Below are positions 23,118 through 32,007 of a stretch of 40,058 nucleotides of DNA, piece by piece; the first letter of the stretch is position 1; each line of letters starts with the position of its first letter. The notes beneath the pieces were generated by a model. It was not told the origin of the DNA. It saw only the letters and a program-made list of their open reading frames with translations, and did not search any database. The stretch is from the NCBI GenBank assembly GCA_015664425.1, contig DQQH01000181.1:1-40058 (forward strand). The letters run 5' to 3'. A program made the position numbers and the translations under genes. This stretch comes from Planctomycetota bacterium. GTDB taxonomy: Bacteria; Planctomycetota; UBA8108; UBA1146.

Positions 23118-24482
23118 TCAGGCCAGTTCAGCAACGAGATCATATTCTTCGCGAGCAACGATTTTCGCCATGATCAGATCCCCTGGGGATCCTGCGTCGT
23201 CGGGAAGGAAAATGCGACTGTCGATCTCGGGTGCCTCTGCATAACTCCGCCCGCAGAGCCTCTTTGATCTCTCATCCTCTTCCGACAAGCCGTCGATCAG
23301 GACCTCGGTCACCTCCCCGATCCGGCCATCGTTCCATTCGAAGGCAATCCGCTGCTGGGCCAGCATCAATCGCTCGCACCTTTCTTCGGCAACCCCAAGG
23401 GGAATTTTCGGCGTCAGCTTCGCCGCAGGTGTTCCGTCCTCGACGGAATAGGTGAAGACACCCACCCTCTCCAGGCGGGTCTCCTCGACAAAATCGATCA
23501 ACTTCTCGAACTGATCTTCGGTCTCACCAGGGAACCCGACGATGAACGTGGTCCGGAGGACCAGATCGGAAATTCTGTCTCGCATCCGTCCAAAGAGGTC
23601 GCGTGTTCCCTTTTCCCCCATCCTCCGGCCCATCCTCCGCAGAACTTCGTCGTCGATGTGCTGGATCGGCATGTCGATGTAGGGAACCACCCTGTCGAGG
23701 CGTGCGACAGCATCGATCATCGCATCTGAAAATTTATAGGGGTAGGTGTAAAGAAGCCGGATCCACTTGACCCCTTCAACTCGGTCCAGTTCCTCGAGGA
23801 GTTTTGGGAGCAGGTAGTCCTCTGCGAAGTCATAGCCATAAGATGTGAGATCCTGGGAGATCAAATTCAATTCCGATGCCCCGCTGGCAACCAGTTCGCG
23901 AGCCTCAGCGAGTACCATGTCGATCGACTTCGAACGGAACTTTCCTCTGAAACTCGGAATCGAACAGAAGGTACAGGGGTTGTCGCAACCCTCGCTGATC
24001 CTTAGATATGTGGTGTGGGGTGGGGTCAGCCGGAGACGCGAGCCCTCAGAATAAGCCGGGTGCACCGGCGGATTCACCTGCACCCTCTCCATCTCCCCTC
24101 GAGGCCCGACCAGTTGGTGGAGGATCTCCCCGAGGCGGTGGTATTCCGACAGCCCGACAATTGCATCCACTTCCGGAATCTCTTTCGCCAACTCCTCCGG
24201 GTAGCGCTGGCCGAGACAGCCGACAATTACCACCCGTTTTGCGGGGTCCTCTTCCTTCAAGTCGCAGAGTTTGAGGATGTGATCGATCGACTCCTGTTTC
24301 GCAGATTCGATGAATCCGCAGGTGTTGACCATCAGAACATCGGCTGTGGAGGCATCTTCGGAGACGATGAACCCCTCCTCGCCGACCCGCCCGAGCATCA
24401 CTTCGGAGTCGACCAGGTTCTTGGGGCAGCCGAGGCTGACCATGTGGATCGAAATGGGGCGCATGGGGACTCCGAAAACCAC
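23118..24482 (-). CDS. rimO: ribosomal protein S12 methylthiotransferase RimO (radical SAM, MiaB family)
   Basis: UPF0004 domain VSLGCPKNLVDSE...VNTCGFI, radical-SAM cluster motif EGCDNPCTFCSIP and a C-terminal TRAM domain. An alternative start at ATG 24464 is preceded by GGAG. Confidence 0.9.
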   Translation of the reverse strand: MVFGVPMRPISIHMVSLGCPKNLVDSEVMLGRVGEEGFIVSEDASTADVLMVNTCGFIESAKQESIDHILKLCDLKEEDPAKRVVIVGCLGQRYPEELAKEIPEVDAIVGLSEYHRLGEILHQLVGPRGEMERVQVNPPVHPAYSEGSRLRLTPPHTTYLRISEGCDNPCTFCSIPSFRGKFRSKSIDMVLAEARELVASGASELNLISQDLTSYGYDFAEDYLLPKLLEELDRVEGVKWIRLLYTYPYKFSDAMIDAVARLDRVVPYIDMPIQHIDDEVLRRMGRRMGEKGTRDLFGRMRDRISDLVLRTTFIVGFPGETEDQFEKLIDFVEETRLERVGVFTYSVEDGTPAAKLTPKIPLGVAEERCERLMLAQQRIAFEWNDGRIGEVTEVLIDGLSEEDERSKRLCGRSYAEAPEIDSRIFLPDDAGSPGDLIMAKIVAREEYDLVAELA

Positions 24483-24623
24483 CTTCTTGACCCGCCGGCC
24501 GAAGGCCGACGCAAGCCAGGAGCAGGGTGGAAGGTATCATGGTCTCGGCTTCGGGGAAACGTTTCCATCTCCCTCTTGACTGTCCTTCCATGCTGATGAA
24601 CCCTTCGCGAGGAAGGTCGCAAT

Positions 24624-25649
24624 GTGAAAGATCTGTCCCGAACCGAGAAACTCGACGTGCTCTCGAGACTTGTCCTGGCCTGTATTCACCGCGAGTACCC
24701 CACTGCGGTGGTGCAGATCATCGAGGATCCGGACGATCTGCGGCCGCCGCGACAGAGAACCCCAGTTTTCTTCGGGGCCTTCGACTGGCATTCAGCGGTC
24801 CATGCGCATTGGTCGCTGGTGCGCCTGTTGAGAGCCCACCCCGAAGGCACTCATGCCGATGAGGCCCGTTCGGCACTCGCCAGAGGACTGACTCGCGAAG
24901 GGATCGCTGGCGAGTGCAGGAACGTCGACAGGTACCCCACCTTCGAGGTCCCTTACGGGAGAGCATGGCTCCTCATGCTCGCCCTCGAGTTGGAAGAATG
25001 GGGTGCAGGAGGCGAGGAGTATCGAGAAGTGTTGAGACCTCTCGAGGAGAGATCGAACGGTGACCTCCTCGCCTGGCTCTCCCGCCTCCACCGACCGGTC
25101 ACCAGCGGCCAGCACGATCAATCTGCATTCAGCCTGGGGCTCTGGAGAGACTGGGCTGAAGGGACAGGCTGCAGCGATTCCCTCGAGGCCATCGACAACG
25201 CTGCGAGAGCACTACATCTTGCGTCAACGAACGCTCCCATCGCCCACGAACCTTCGAACAATGATTTTCTTTCCCCTGCGCTTGCGACCGCAGACCTGAT
25301 GAGGAGAGTGCTCCCGCAGGGAGAATTTACCTCCTGGCTGGAGGGTTATCTTCCCGATCTCTCCGATGGAACCCTGGAACTGTCGCCGGTGATCTGCCCA
25401 GACCACAGTGATGGCAAACTCTCCCATCTCAACGGACTCAACCTCAGCCGTGGATGGATGCTCCGTGGGATCGCCGAGGCCCTGCCTGCCAGAAGCAAGG
25501 CTCGCCTCTGCTGCGAAGATCTCGCGCCATCCCACGAAACTGAAGGAGAGATGAGCGTCAACTTTCGGCACTATGCCGGAGCCCACTGGCTGGGAAGCTT
25601 CCTGCTCTACGGAATTTCCGCCCGGGGGAGAAGATCGTCAGATGCTTAA
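24624..25649 (+). CDS. DUF2891-like hypothetical protein
   Basis: GTG start preceded by GAGGAAGG. The segment FFGAFDWHSAVHAHWSLVRLLR resembles, from memory, the conserved core of the DUF2891 family. The protein is otherwise all-alpha in appearance. The family assignment is not verifiable here. Confidence 0.55.
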   Translation: MKDLSRTEKLDVLSRLVLACIHREYPTAVVQIIEDPDDLRPPRQRTPVFFGAFDWHSAVHAHWSLVRLLRAHPEGTHADEARSALARGLTREGIAGECRNVDRYPTFEVPYGRAWLLMLALELEEWGAGGEEYREVLRPLEERSNGDLLAWLSRLHRPVTSGQHDQSAFSLGLWRDWAEGTGCSDSLEAIDNAARALHLASTNAPIAHEPSNNDFLSPALATADLMRRVLPQGEFTSWLEGYLPDLSDGTLELSPVICPDHSDGKLSHLNGLNLSRGWMLRGIAEALPARSKARLCCEDLAPSHETEGEMSVNFRHYAGAHWLGSFLLYGISARGRRSSDA

Positions 25650-25665
25650 CAGAGGCGAAGCCTGA

Positions 25666-28128
25666 TCAGGCGGTCTCGTGATCGGCTTCCCACTCCTCGA
25701 TGGTCATGCGGACTTCCCGAGCCTTCGATCCCTTGTAGGGGCCGACAATCCCCATCTCGCTCATGATGTCCATCAGTCGAGAGGCGCGAGTGTACCCGAT
25801 CCCCAACCTTCGCTGAAGAAGGGTTGTCGAGCCGCGTTGGGTCTCGAGAACGACGCGGATCGCATCCTCGTAGAGGTCGTCCTCCACTGTCATCCTTCCT
25901 CCACCATCGGCGCGGCCAACGAGGAACCCTTCGATCTCCGAGGAGAACTCGGGCTGCGCCTCCTTGCGCAGGAACTTCACGATCCGCTTGAGCTCCTTGT
26001 CGGAAATATAGGTCGCCTGTGCCCTCAGTAGGTTCGACGTGCCGGGGGGGAGGTAGAGCATGTCCCCATCCCCGAGCAACTTCTCGCTTCCGTTGCGGTC
26101 GAGGATGGTGCGAGAGTCGATCCTGCTCGCAACCTTGAACGAGATCCGGGAAGGCAAGTTGGATTTGATCAGCCCGGTGATGACATCGACCGATGGACGC
26201 TGGGTCGCGAGGATCACATGGATCCCAACAGCTCTCGATTTCTGAGCCAGGCGAATGATCGATCCCTCGACTTCCTTGGCAGAGGCCATCATCAAATCTG
26301 CAAGTTCATCGATCACGATCACGAAATAGGGAAGACTCTCCGGGATCTGATCCGCTTCTTCATGACTCATCTTCTCGCTCAGCCGCTTGAAGAGCTCATC
26401 TTTCCCGAGCTGGTTGTAGTCCCTGATCTGGCGGACTCTCGCCTTGTTGAGCAGTTCGTAGCGCTGGTCCATCTTTCGCACGAGCCACTCCAGAGCAGCC
26501 GGTGCTTTTTTCATATCGGTGATCACCGGGGTCAGGAGATGCGGAATGTCCTCGAAGTAAGACAACTCGACCATCTTCGGATCGACGAGGATCAGTTTGA
26601 GCTCTTCGGGAGAACGGGTCATCAGCATCGAGGCGATGATCGAGTTGATGCATACAGACTTCCCCGATCCGGTGGAACCAGCGATGAGGAGGTGGGGCAT
26701 ACGGGTGAGATCCTCGACGATTGGATCACCTGCAGCGTCCTTTCCGAGGAGAAGAGGAATTCGTGCATCGCTCTCGTGGAAAGCCACCGACTGCATCAGT
26801 TCCCGAAGGCACACCATTTCTCGCTCCTGGTTGGGAACCTCGATGCCAACAGTAGATTTTCCAGGAATCGGTGCCACAACCCGCACACTCTGGGCAGAGA
26901 GCGCCATCGCAAGGTCGTCGGCGAGGCTGACTATCTTCGTCACCTTGATGCCGGCGGCGAGTGAAACCTCGTACTGGGTAATCACCGGACCACGCTGGAT
27001 GTTCCTCACCTCGGCAACAATCTTGAAGGACAGCAGCGTCTCCTCGATCGTCTGGGCGACTTTTTCCAGTTCTTCACGACCCTCGGCATGGTCGACGTGG
27101 GGAGGTTCATCGAGGAATGATATGGAAGGAAGGTTGATCACACCGCTGAAGGTCAGCTGGGTCTCATCGAAGGTGAGATTCGCCCCCGTTTCCCGTTCTG
27201 GTCCGAGGCGAATCGTACGTTCGGGACGTTCTTCTTCTTCTTCCTCCTCTTCCTCTTCTTCCTCGTCTTCTTCGTCCTCTTCCTCCTCGTCTTCGTCCTC
27301 TTCTTCCTCCTCGTCTTCGTACTCGTACTCCTCGTCCTCGTCCTCTTCTTCCTCCTCCTCTTCTTCCTCCTCCTCTTCTTCCTCCTCTTCTTCGTCGTCG
27401 TCCTCAGCCTGCAATTCTCTCGGCCCTGGCCGGAGTTTCCGCTTCCCTGTTCCGCTTCTCCGGAGAGCACTTCTGTCCCCTGCGATCAGCCCGAGGAACC
27501 AGGAAACAAAACCCCTGAAAAGCCCGGGTGCCTGTCGTCTGGCACCCGCGGCGGCCACTCCGCCCCGGCGGAAGAGGCCACGGAGAATCGGCGAGATCAG
27601 AACCTCGGTCGACATCAAGAAACCGATAACGACCGCGAGAAGCGCCAAAATCGTCGTGCCCGGAACCCCGAAGCCTTCGTAGAGGCCCTCGCCGAGGCTC
27701 TCCCCGATCAACCCCCCCTTGTAGCTCCCGGCTCCCAGGATCGGCTCATTTGAGTAGCTGTATTCCAGGATGCAGAGGCTCACCAGAAGAACCACAACTC
27801 CGATGAACCGACGACGCCAGGAATCGACCCCTATGCGAAAGAAGGACATCAACGACCAGACGGTGAGAACCCCTGCAAAGAAATAAGATGCGACCGGCCC
27901 GATGGTGTTGAAGGAGAGGTTCGCCAGGAATTTTCCAATGACGCCACAGACATTTCCACTGCGTGCTCCGCCGAGGGTAAGTTGCTCACTATAGAGACTC
28001 AGGAAGAAAAATGCGGTGAGCGCAAGAAGGGTCAGCGAAAGGATCTCAGTGCCGAGTTCTCCAGAAACCCCGGAGACGGAACGGCTCCCTGCTCCGCTTA
28101 GGCTCTTGCGTCGGGAGGTTCGACTCAT
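25666..28128 (-). CDS. ftsK: DNA translocase FtsK
   Basis: The N-terminal region contains several hydrophobic TM helices. The motor domain has Walker A (IAGSTGSGKS) and Walker B (FVIVIDELADL). The C-terminal gamma winged-helix reads LYEDAIRVVLETQRGSTTLLQRRLGIGYTRASRLMDIMSEMGIV. The linker is an almost pure Asp/Glu tract. Confidence 0.9.
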   Translation of the reverse strand: MSRTSRRKSLSGAGSRSVSGVSGELGTEILSLTLLALTAFFFLSLYSEQLTLGGARSGNVCGVIGKFLANLSFNTIGPVASYFFAGVLTVWSLMSFFRIGVDSWRRRFIGVVVLLVSLCILEYSYSNEPILGAGSYKGGLIGESLGEGLYEGFGVPGTTILALLAVVIGFLMSTEVLISPILRGLFRRGGVAAAGARRQAPGLFRGFVSWFLGLIAGDRSALRRSGTGKRKLRPGPRELQAEDDDEEEEEEEEEEEEEEEEEDEDEEYEYEDEEEEEDEDEEEEDEEDEEEEEEEEEEEERPERTIRLGPERETGANLTFDETQLTFSGVINLPSISFLDEPPHVDHAEGREELEKVAQTIEETLLSFKIVAEVRNIQRGPVITQYEVSLAAGIKVTKIVSLADDLAMALSAQSVRVVAPIPGKSTVGIEVPNQEREMVCLRELMQSVAFHESDARIPLLLGKDAAGDPIVEDLTRMPHLLIAGSTGSGKSVCINSIIASMLMTRSPEELKLILVDPKMVELSYFEDIPHLLTPVITDMKKAPAALEWLVRKMDQRYELLNKARVRQIRDYNQLGKDELFKRLSEKMSHEEADQIPESLPYFVIVIDELADLMMASAKEVEGSIIRLAQKSRAVGIHVILATQRPSVDVITGLIKSNLPSRISFKVASRIDSRTILDRNGSEKLLGDGDMLYLPPGTSNLLRAQATYISDKELKRIVKFLRKEAQPEFSSEIEGFLVGRADGGGRMTVEDDLYEDAIRVVLETQRGSTTLLQRRLGIGYTRASRLMDIMSEMGIVGPYKGSKAREVRMTIEEWEADHETA
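27229..27405 (-). repeat. 59-codon acidic low-complexity tract (imperfect GAR/GAY trinucleotide repeat) inside ftsK
   Basis: The plus strand is a continuous run of CTC/TTC/GTC triplets. Translation is EDDDEEEE...DEDEEYEYEDEEEEEDEDEEEEDEEDEEEE..., with only two non-acidic residues (Tyr). Confidence 0.9.
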
Positions 28129-28790
28129 ATCTCCTCGATGCGGGTGTCACAGCGCCGGCGTTGCGCCAACAGCCCGCCGATGAAATCCACCAGCCTGCGG
28201 GAGAGGTCCTTCTTGCTAATCCCGCGCAACTGACAGGTCTCGGCATCCGGTTCGACCCAGGCGAAGTCCCCTGCGGCAGCGCCAAGGTTTTCGGGAGCGT
28301 TGGATACTACCAGATCGAGACGTTTATGCACGGCTTTCCGGCGGGCTTCAGCCTCGGCATCCCCAGTCTCGAGGGCAAAGCCAACGAGCACTCGGTCCTC
28401 CTTCTCCCGGGAACGATTGAAGAGTACATCGGGATTGGCGATCAACTTCACTTGCCACTCTCCCTCGGACTTCTTGCGCTTTCCAGAGACCTTCTCTTGC
28501 GGGCTGTAATCGCAAACCGCTGCGGTCGCCACGAAAGCATCGACCTCGGGCCATAGCCTTTCTGCGATGGCGTCGAGTTCCCTCGCGCTCACGAAGGGGT
28601 GAAGTTGAACTCCCTCGGGTATCTCTGCAGCAACAGGGCCGAGGGCGAGGTGAACTCGCCACCCATTTTCGACAGCGCACCGGGCAATCTCGATACCGAG
28701 AGTTCCGGAGGCAGAATTTGACAGGAATCGGACGGCATCGAAGAACTCCCGGGAAGGCCCGGCTGAGATCAAGAGGACCGGGGTCCTCAC
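28125..28790 (-). CDS. coaB: phosphopantothenate--cysteine ligase (CoaB), stand-alone
   Basis: VLLISAGPSREFFDAVRFLSNSASGTLG, AAVCDY and VGFALET...DLVVSN match the C-terminal half of bifunctional CoaBC. The GTG start overlaps the coaC stop (GTGA), and the stop overlaps the ftsK start (ATGA). Confidence 0.8.
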   Translation of the reverse strand: MRTPVLLISAGPSREFFDAVRFLSNSASGTLGIEIARCAVENGWRVHLALGPVAAEIPEGVQLHPFVSARELDAIAERLWPEVDAFVATAAVCDYSPQEKVSGKRKKSEGEWQVKLIANPDVLFNRSREKEDRVLVGFALETGDAEAEARRKAVHKRLDLVVSNAPENLGAAAGDFAWVEPDAETCQLRGISKKDLSRRLVDFIGGLLAQRRRCDTRIEEI

Positions 28791-29425
28791 GACTGGGTAG
28801 CACCGAGCAACTCGAAGACGAGTTGATCGATCTCATCGAGATCAGCGAGTCGTCCGGGCCCGTGAGACCCACAGGCAAGGTGACCCACTCCCGGCTCTGC
28901 GATCGTCACTCTACGACCGCGCAACGTCTCGACATTCTGCTGAACCGCATCATTGGCCCACATCTTGTCGTTCATCGCGGGCGCGACGAGAACCGGGCCG
29001 TCCCAGGCAAGCAGAGTCAGGCAGACGATGTCATCGCCAAAACCATGCGAGTATCGTGCGATGAAATCGGCGGAAGCGGGAGCGACGACGAACAGATCCC
29101 CCTCCCACCCAGAATCGATGTGATCGGGGCGACCGCTCTTGTTGTCAGCATTCCAGATCCCCTGAACCACCGGCTGGCGGGTCACCGATTCAAATGTCAG
29201 AGGGGTGACGAAGCGGGTCGCTGCAGGTGTCATCAATACGCGAACCTCGGCGCCTCGCTGCGTCCACGAACTGGCGAGTTCCGCAGCCTTGTAGGCAGCA
29301 ATACCTCCCGTGACCCCGAGAATGATTCGCCGACCCTCGTATTGTCCCTGCGGATCATCATTCATAACGTGCGCCTTCGCTCGAAGCGGACCGCGCCGGG
29401 GTTGTCCCCGGCGCGGTTCAGACAC
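28787..29425 (-). CDS. coaC: phosphopantothenoylcysteine decarboxylase flavoprotein (CoaC), stand-alone
   Basis: RIILGVTGGIAAYKAAEL, VRVLMTPAATRFVTPLTF, VAPASADFIARYSHGFGDDI, VAPAMNDKMW and GHLACGSHGPGRL match the N-terminal half of CoaBC. The start is either GTG 29425 (1-nt overlap with the rpoZ stop) or ATG 29365. Confidence 0.85.
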   Translation of the reverse strand: MSEPRRGQPRRGPLRAKAHVMNDDPQGQYEGRRIILGVTGGIAAYKAAELASSWTQRGAEVRVLMTPAATRFVTPLTFESVTRQPVVQGIWNADNKSGRPDHIDSGWEGDLFVVAPASADFIARYSHGFGDDIVCLTLLAWDGPVLVAPAMNDKMWANDAVQQNVETLRGRRVTIAEPGVGHLACGSHGPGRLADLDEIDQLVFELLGATQS

Positions 29426-29772
29426 TAATCCTTGGTCGGGTTGAGGAATGCAGAAAGCTCCTTGATACGGGCTTCCTTGATGCGCTTGAGGTCGGAGCCG
29501 TAGATTTCCTTCTCACCCTCTTCCGGCGGCTTATCAGAAACCCTGCGGGCATCTTCCATGAAGCCAGATCCGCATTCGGATCTCGGAGCGAGTTCGATCT
29601 TCTTCTGCAGAATCTCCTGGATCACGATCGCCTGGAGAGAAGTCCCATCTGTCTCGACGAGGGGCTTTGCCCCACGCTTCAATTCTACCATTCGCTTCTG
29701 CATCAGGGAGGTAAGCTTGAGCTTGCCACCAACAGTTGCGATCAGTTGATCTTCGAGTTCAGTGTCGAGCAT
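29425..29772 (-). CDS. rpoZ: DNA-directed RNA polymerase subunit omega
   Basis: The core SLMQKRMVELKRGAKPLVETDG...AIVIQEILQKKIEL fits the RpoZ pattern. The position immediately downstream of gmk is the widely conserved gmk-rpoZ arrangement. Confidence 0.75.
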   Translation of the reverse strand: MLDTELEDQLIATVGGKLKLTSLMQKRMVELKRGAKPLVETDGTSLQAIVIQEILQKKIELAPRSECGSGFMEDARRVSDKPPEEGEKEIYGSDLKRIKEARIKELSAFLNPTKD

Positions 29773-29822
29773 TTTTGCTCCTTCTAATCCAACCTTCAGT
29801 CAGGAAGGCTGGATGTGATTAT

Positions 29823-30404
29823 TCAGCGGTCACCCGCAGTCCTTCGCGCCGCTCTCGACTCTTCAATCAGCGCTAGCACCCTATCGGCGGCGAGATCGAG
29901 AACGTCGTTGACCACGCAGTGGTCGTATTTTGCCTTCATCTCCAACTCCTCGAGCGCGTCGCTCATCCGGAGTTCAATCGTTTCTTTTTCCTCTTCGCCC
30001 CGACTCTCCAGTCTCCTCTGGAGTTCAGCAAGGCTCGGCGGCTCGAGGAAGATGCTGAGTGCATCGACACCGCGGTTCATCAGTTGCTGTGCTCCCTGGA
30101 CATCGATGTTCAGCAGCACCACATCCGTAGTTTCGAGCTGTTCCTCCAGTTCCGCGATCGGACTCCCGTAGAGGTTTTTATGAACCTCTGCATGCTCGAG
30201 GAACCCACCCCTATCGACCATCTCCTCGAAGTTCCCTATGTCGAGGAAGTGGTAGTCGATTCCGTCCACTTCACCTGCGCGCATCGCCCTGGTTGTTGCC
30301 GTGACCGCACGCGCAATCCCATCGCCCTGGCAGAGGCGTTCGCAAATCGCAGTCTTCCCTGCCCCGGATGGGCCTGAGATCACAACCAGAAGGCCTTTCT
30401 TCAT
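29823..30404 (-). CDS. gmk: guanylate kinase
   Basis: MKKGLLVVISGPSGAGKT (P-loop) and ATTRAMRAGEVDGIDYHF are present. The track ORF start (30533) overlaps yicC with a non-conserved extension. ATG 30404 gives the normal ~190-aa protein. Confidence 0.9.
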   Translation of the reverse strand: MKKGLLVVISGPSGAGKTAICERLCQGDGIARAVTATTRAMRAGEVDGIDYHFLDIGNFEEMVDRGGFLEHAEVHKNLYGSPIAELEEQLETTDVVLLNIDVQGAQQLMNRGVDALSIFLEPPSLAELQRRLESRGEEEKETIELRMSDALEELEMKAKYDHCVVNDVLDLAADRVLALIEESRAARRTAGDR

Positions 30405-30462
30405 CCCTAAGCACTTCTCTCTTCTCAACCGGAGAAACGAAAGGCTGATGGCCAGATTCGCC

Positions 30463-31359
30463 TCACTCGATGTTCTGGGTCTGCTCACGCAGGCGATCGA
30501 TCTCGACCTTGCAGTCGACAACAACTGAGGCAATCTCCAGTCGGTTCACCTTCGCAGCCATGGTGTTGGCCTCTCGCAACATCTCCTGGGTGAGGAATTC
30601 CAGGCGTCTACCAACACGTCCTCCTGAGTCCACTGCTTCCCTGTACTGAGCAAGGTGGCCGTTGAGACGCTCCATCTCCTCAGTCACATCCGTTTTCTCG
30701 GTGAGAACCGCGACTTCACGGGCGAGTTCACGGGAATCGACAGAGATCTCGCCATTTGCGATCAGGGCGTTGATTCTCGAGAGATAACGCTCGGTCAGCT
30801 GTGTCAGCGCGTTCCCCTGCCCTTCCTGAACCATGCTCAGACAGTTCTCGATCTTCTCACACAGTCGGTAGAGTTCAGCGCGAAGGTGATCACCTTCTCG
30901 CACCTGCATCAAACGCAACGAGTCGAGGGCTTCATCGAGGGCAGCGATGAGGAGTTCATCAAGTTTCTCGGCGTCCTCTTTTCTGCCGTTGTTTTCTTCC
31001 GAAAGGGCATAAGCCTGGAGTACATCTGCGAGCTGGACTGCGTCTCCTTCAGGGTTTATCCCCTCCCAGAGTTCCTGAAGGCGCTTGTGGCAAGCACTCA
31101 GGCGTCGATCGTCGAGGGGCATTTCCAGTTCTCGGTTCTCCCTCGTTACCTGGACAGTCAAGCTGAGAGAACCGCGCTCGATCGTATCGCGCAATTTCCG
31201 CTCGACACTCCCCTGAAGGCCGGCAAGACCATCGGGAAGATGCGCAGAGACCTTTAGATAGCGGTGGTTCACGCAGCGAAGCTCACAGGCGACCTCGAGG
31301 CCGTCGGAAGAACGGCTCCCAGAACCGTAACCGGTCATGCTGCGAAGAGAATCGGTCAA
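30463..31359 (-). CDS. yicC: YicC/YloC-family protein (stress-induced endoribonuclease family)
   Basis: N-terminus SMTGYG...ELRCVNHRYL and the C-terminal DUF1732-type segment EEMERLNGHLAQY...GRRLEFLTQEMLREANTMAAK are present. The TTG start overlaps the secG stop (TTGA). Confidence 0.85.
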   Translation of the reverse strand: MTDSLRSMTGYGSGSRSSDGLEVACELRCVNHRYLKVSAHLPDGLAGLQGSVERKLRDTIERGSLSLTVQVTRENRELEMPLDDRRLSACHKRLQELWEGINPEGDAVQLADVLQAYALSEENNGRKEDAEKLDELLIAALDEALDSLRLMQVREGDHLRAELYRLCEKIENCLSMVQEGQGNALTQLTERYLSRINALIANGEISVDSRELAREVAVLTEKTDVTEEMERLNGHLAQYREAVDSGGRVGRRLEFLTQEMLREANTMAAKVNRLEIASVVVDCKVEIDRLREQTQNIE

Positions 31360-31916
31360 TTTCCGGAACTCTCCCCGTCCACTGCATCCCCGTCTTCCCC
31401 GGCATTTCCCTCTTCGCTGCTTCCGTCGCCGCCGTCAACTTCATCCGAGGCGGAATCATCGTTTGCGGTCTCGCCGACGACCGGATCACCGGTGTCATCT
31501 TCGGCAGCCGTCGTGCCGCCTTCCCTGCCGTCGGCGGCGTCAACAGCTGTACCTCCGGTCGCTTCATCAGTTCCTGTCCCAGGTTCGGGGAGGGGCACTT
31601 CAGTCACACCCAAGATGGGGTTGACTGAACCGATGGTCGGAATGATCCCCGACTGGTCTCCCACGGCGCTTCGAATTTCGGAAGTGCTCGAAGTCTTGGT
31701 CGACATCACCCCCACCGTGATGCTGAGCGCAAAGAAGATTACTGCCAGCATCGTGGTGAAACGCGAGATCCCGCTGGAGGTGCTGGTCCCGAGCATCTGG
31801 TCTCCGCCCATGCCGAAGGACCCTCCAAGCCCGCCCTGCTTTGGTTCCTGCAGAAGAATGGCGACTCCCATCAGGAAGGTGACCATTCCGAGCATGATCA
31901 TCAGGAAGATCAGCAT
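31356..31916 (-). CDS. secG: preprotein translocase subunit SecG with long acidic C-terminal extension
   Basis: The first ~75 aa match SecG: TM1, LLQEPKQGGLGGSFG.GG, then ISRFTTMLAVIFFALSITVGV. The position after tpiA is the common tpiA-secG arrangement. About 110 extra residues rich in Asp, Glu, Gly and Thr follow. Confidence 0.75.
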   Translation of the reverse strand: MLIFLMIMLGMVTFLMGVAILLQEPKQGGLGGSFGMGGDQMLGTSTSSGISRFTTMLAVIFFALSITVGVMSTKTSSTSEIRSAVGDQSGIIPTIGSVNPILGVTEVPLPEPGTGTDEATGGTAVDAADGREGGTTAAEDDTGDPVVGETANDDSASDEVDGGDGSSEEGNAGEDGDAVDGESSGN

Positions 31917-32007
31917 CTGTGATTCCCCTCTTCGCGTTCACTGGGCCGTTGGTAACGGCCTCCACATCATCCCATCCAGCAGCCAGTCGGCTGGTGGAAC
32001 TGTATCT

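Noticed and set aside
26597-27682. 361-aa plus-strand ORF with a long poly-Ser run
   Set aside because: It is antisense to ftsK. The poly-Ser run is simply the mirror reading of the poly-Glu/Asp codon tract.
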